A stretch of 64,000 bases of DNA from Dimorphilus gyrociliatus. Taxonomy: Eukaryota; Animalia; Annelida. The notes under the pieces are model-generated. The model was not told where the DNA came from, ran no database searches, and saw only the letters and a list, made by a program, of their open reading frames with translations. The first letter of the stretch is position 1. Every line of letters starts with the position of its first letter. Position numbers and translations under genes: made by a program. The stretch lies in contig CAJFCJ010000006.1 in the NCBI GenBank assembly GCA_904063045.1, positions 868,001 through 932,000 on the forward strand, in the 5' to 3' direction. Positions 61,901 through 64,000 of the stretch are shown here, piece by piece.

Positions 61901-64000
61901 AAATGGTGCTAACATTAATGGCAAATCGTTCGACTAAAGCCGAAAATCTAATTTATTTGGACCAATTTTACACGTTGTTTTGCACAGTGACGTCACTGTC
62001 GCCCGCTCTCCTTTTCTCCTTCGATTTCCATAGCAACGGACGGCAGTCGCTTAGAAATATAATTCGTTGCTGCTCTTGTCTAACGAAGCTTATTTATTCT
62101 GAACCATATAGCTCTACTTTTATCGATTTTCGATATATCTTGCTTTTTTCCCTTCTTGCTGATTGATAGTCAAAGCAAGATGATATTAAAAGGGAGGCTT
62201 AAAAATTACTATCTTCATTACAGATTAAATATTCTCGTACTTCAATTCAAATTTAGTCCAAATTTGGTAAATTCACTATGAGACAATAACAAATACCTTA
62301 TCGCAATCAATTTCCTGAATACCCTAATATATCATTGGATATGTTACAATAGCTTTTTAAATCAGGGTTACTCAGCTCAAAAACACATTCTAGCCCTGTT
62401 GTGTATCACACGTTGAGAGTTGCATGATGAACTATTATTTTTGCATAGAAACTTGTTTCACTATGCTGCTGTAATGAGAATTATCGATTCGAGTTACATC
62501 AAGCTATTTTATAATTGCAGAATATATTTTTTAACATATGCATATCTAGCTATATACAGTATTGTCATATTTGTTATACAAGTGAGTTAACTTCTTAACT
62601 TTCATTTGTTGAGCTCACGTAAACGAGATAAATGTACTACTCGAAGAGAAATGACAGATGATTCCTGATCAATGAGCAGATAATCAGGACTTGAAGCGAG
62701 CGTAACAGAGACTCTAAATAATTCTAGGCATGAAGAGTGTTTGTAAGCGACGAAAAAAGCAAATTTTTTTAACTCTAAAAGCAGATTATAATCTTTATTA
62801 CACTGCTAATTTTCACAATTTTTTTATTTAAACATAATATGATAGAATAATATTGCTAAGTACTGAAGATATATATTTTCCACATGTATTCGATGAATTC
62901 TGTGCCAGAAGTCATTATCCTTAGGATAGATAAGTAATGCTAGTTATATAAATATCCAGAACAACGACACACTCGAGATAAAATAATGGAAAATATTTAA
63001 CATCTATTATTGTAAGAAATCGATTTTTATCAATTCATAAGTATTCAATAGCTTTAATTTGTTCTAGTTTTTATCACAATGATGGCTGCTACAGATTGTT
63101 TTGGTGATTTACAAATTACTTCTTTGTACTGCGAATATTGATATTATTTAAGCGAAATTATAGGGAGACTAGTCATCTTAAATATCACAATAATGTAAAG
63201 GAATACGAGATATCCCTTCTTTTCTATATAATGAGATAACAAAAATATGAAGGCTTTAGTGCAAATACTTATATTTTATAAACGTTGAAAGTCATTTTCT
63301 AGTTAACAGTCACAGCATAAATAAATACAAATAATCCCTTATTTGCATAATGAATGATTCTTTTGATCTAAAATACAATAAAAAAAATGACTACGAAATA
63401 AAATTTTCGAACTTGGATCAATCATAATTAATTTTTGTATTAAAAACTTTAAAAAACTATACAAATTTTTTTCTTTTTTGTAATGCTATCAACCTTGTAT
63501 TATCAGTCTTATCTCTCGAGTGCAAAAAAATACGATTGCATAGACTTTTTATTAATATTAAGTTGTTAAATATAGATAAAGAATCTAATTTCGCATATTG
63601 ATAGCATATTTATACTAACTTCACTAAATTTTCCATTAGAAATGTTTTCAGTACTTAATTGTTTTTTTTACACATTTATCTTTGTTATTTTTAAACTATT
63701 CTTTTTGTGTAGATTTTTAAGCCTGTATCAAAACGAGTTATAAGTTATCATCCAATTAATAATATACATACACGCATTTAATGTAATATTATTTAAGATT
63801 CGACAAATAGTTTTATCTTCTTTACAAAACAAATTATCTTCGGTTAAAACGCGATTTTTGCAGTCCGTATATTGTGGACACATCGGGTTGGAATTCATGT
63901 TCATTAACGACATGGAACAGTGTAATTGGATAAAGCAAAAGTTCGAAACTCCCCAAAGCATGCAGATATCTGTTGAAGATAAACGGATTTTACTTGATCG
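58990..64000 (+). CDS. OGDH: 2-oxoglutarate dehydrogenase E1, 5' part (continues beyond the window)
   Basis: Exons 58990-59178 ([28 protein letters not shown]), 59921-60058 ([19 protein letters not shown]), from 61221 ([12 protein letters not shown]), ~61392-61492 ([22 protein letters not shown]) and from 63864 ([27 protein letters not shown]). Confidence 0.96.
60836..60858. repeat. (TA)n microsatellite in an OGDH intron
   Basis: Direct reading. Confidence 0.9.
61984..61999. promoter_or_regulatory. 16-bp palindrome containing a full CRE (ACAGTGACGTCACTGT) within an OGDH intron
   Basis: Perfect palindrome with a TGACGTCA core in a locally GC-rich patch. Confidence 0.5.
62024..62037. promoter_or_regulatory. 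RFX X-box-like motif ATTTCCATAGCAAC within an OGDH intron
   Basis: One mismatch to the X-box consensus GTHNYY-AT-RRNAAC; 25 bp from the CRE. Confidence 0.5.

Noticed and set aside
61882-62166. 94-aa ORF in the OGDH intron
   Set aside because: It starts at TTG, has no recognisable domain or splice support, and overlaps promoter-like motifs.
62423-62500. ATGATGA C-box suggesting an intronic C/D snoRNA
   Set aside because: No CTGA D-box or terminal stem at a suitable distance.
62200-63860. Duplicated mutually exclusive copy of the OGDH YCxxIGxEFM exon
   Set aside because: The YC-containing candidates near 62560, 63005 and 63127 hit stops within a few codons.
1-64000. Prokaryotic features (CRISPR array, operon, IS element, prophage)
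   Set aside because: The window is spliced eukaryotic DNA. I saw no spaced direct repeats, transposase or reverse-transcriptase ORFs.

Overview
AT-rich, gene-dense eukaryotic (animal, invertebrate-like) genomic DNA with mostly short GT-AG introns. This is compatible with a miniaturised genome such as that of the annelid Dimorphilus gyrociliatus, but the species is an inference only. I can support about 27 protein-coding genes by manual splicing: PUF60, a PAN/C-type-lectin/TSP1 receptor, DESI1 with a long helical extension, a small tail-anchored orphan, TESK, WDR34/DYNC2I2, an FkbM methyltransferase, a stand-alone ITIH C-terminal-domain protein, a claudin-like protein, a GT7 glycosyltransferase, a BMP9/10-like ligand, a Tctex1-domain protein, MTRF1L, CLPB/Skd3, an ankyrin protein, SMG7, LTA4H, an AK5-type dimerisation/docking microprotein, NELFCD (with a large TPR gene nested antisense in one intron), TTLL12-like, a multi-C2H2 zinc finger, MRPL20, two tandem intronless SPFH genes, EPSTI1-like and the 5' part of OGDH. 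I saw no rRNA, tRNA, CRISPR array or intact transposon. The most notable observations are (TA)n tracts repeatedly interrupted by TA-C(A/T)G-TA (matching Tc1-type excision footprints), the nested TPR gene, a promoter-like CRE plus X-box island and a candidate microexon inside an OGDH intron, and several unusual domain architectures. Exon boundaries, alignments and family assignments were made by eye and from memory of the families; no database search was run.
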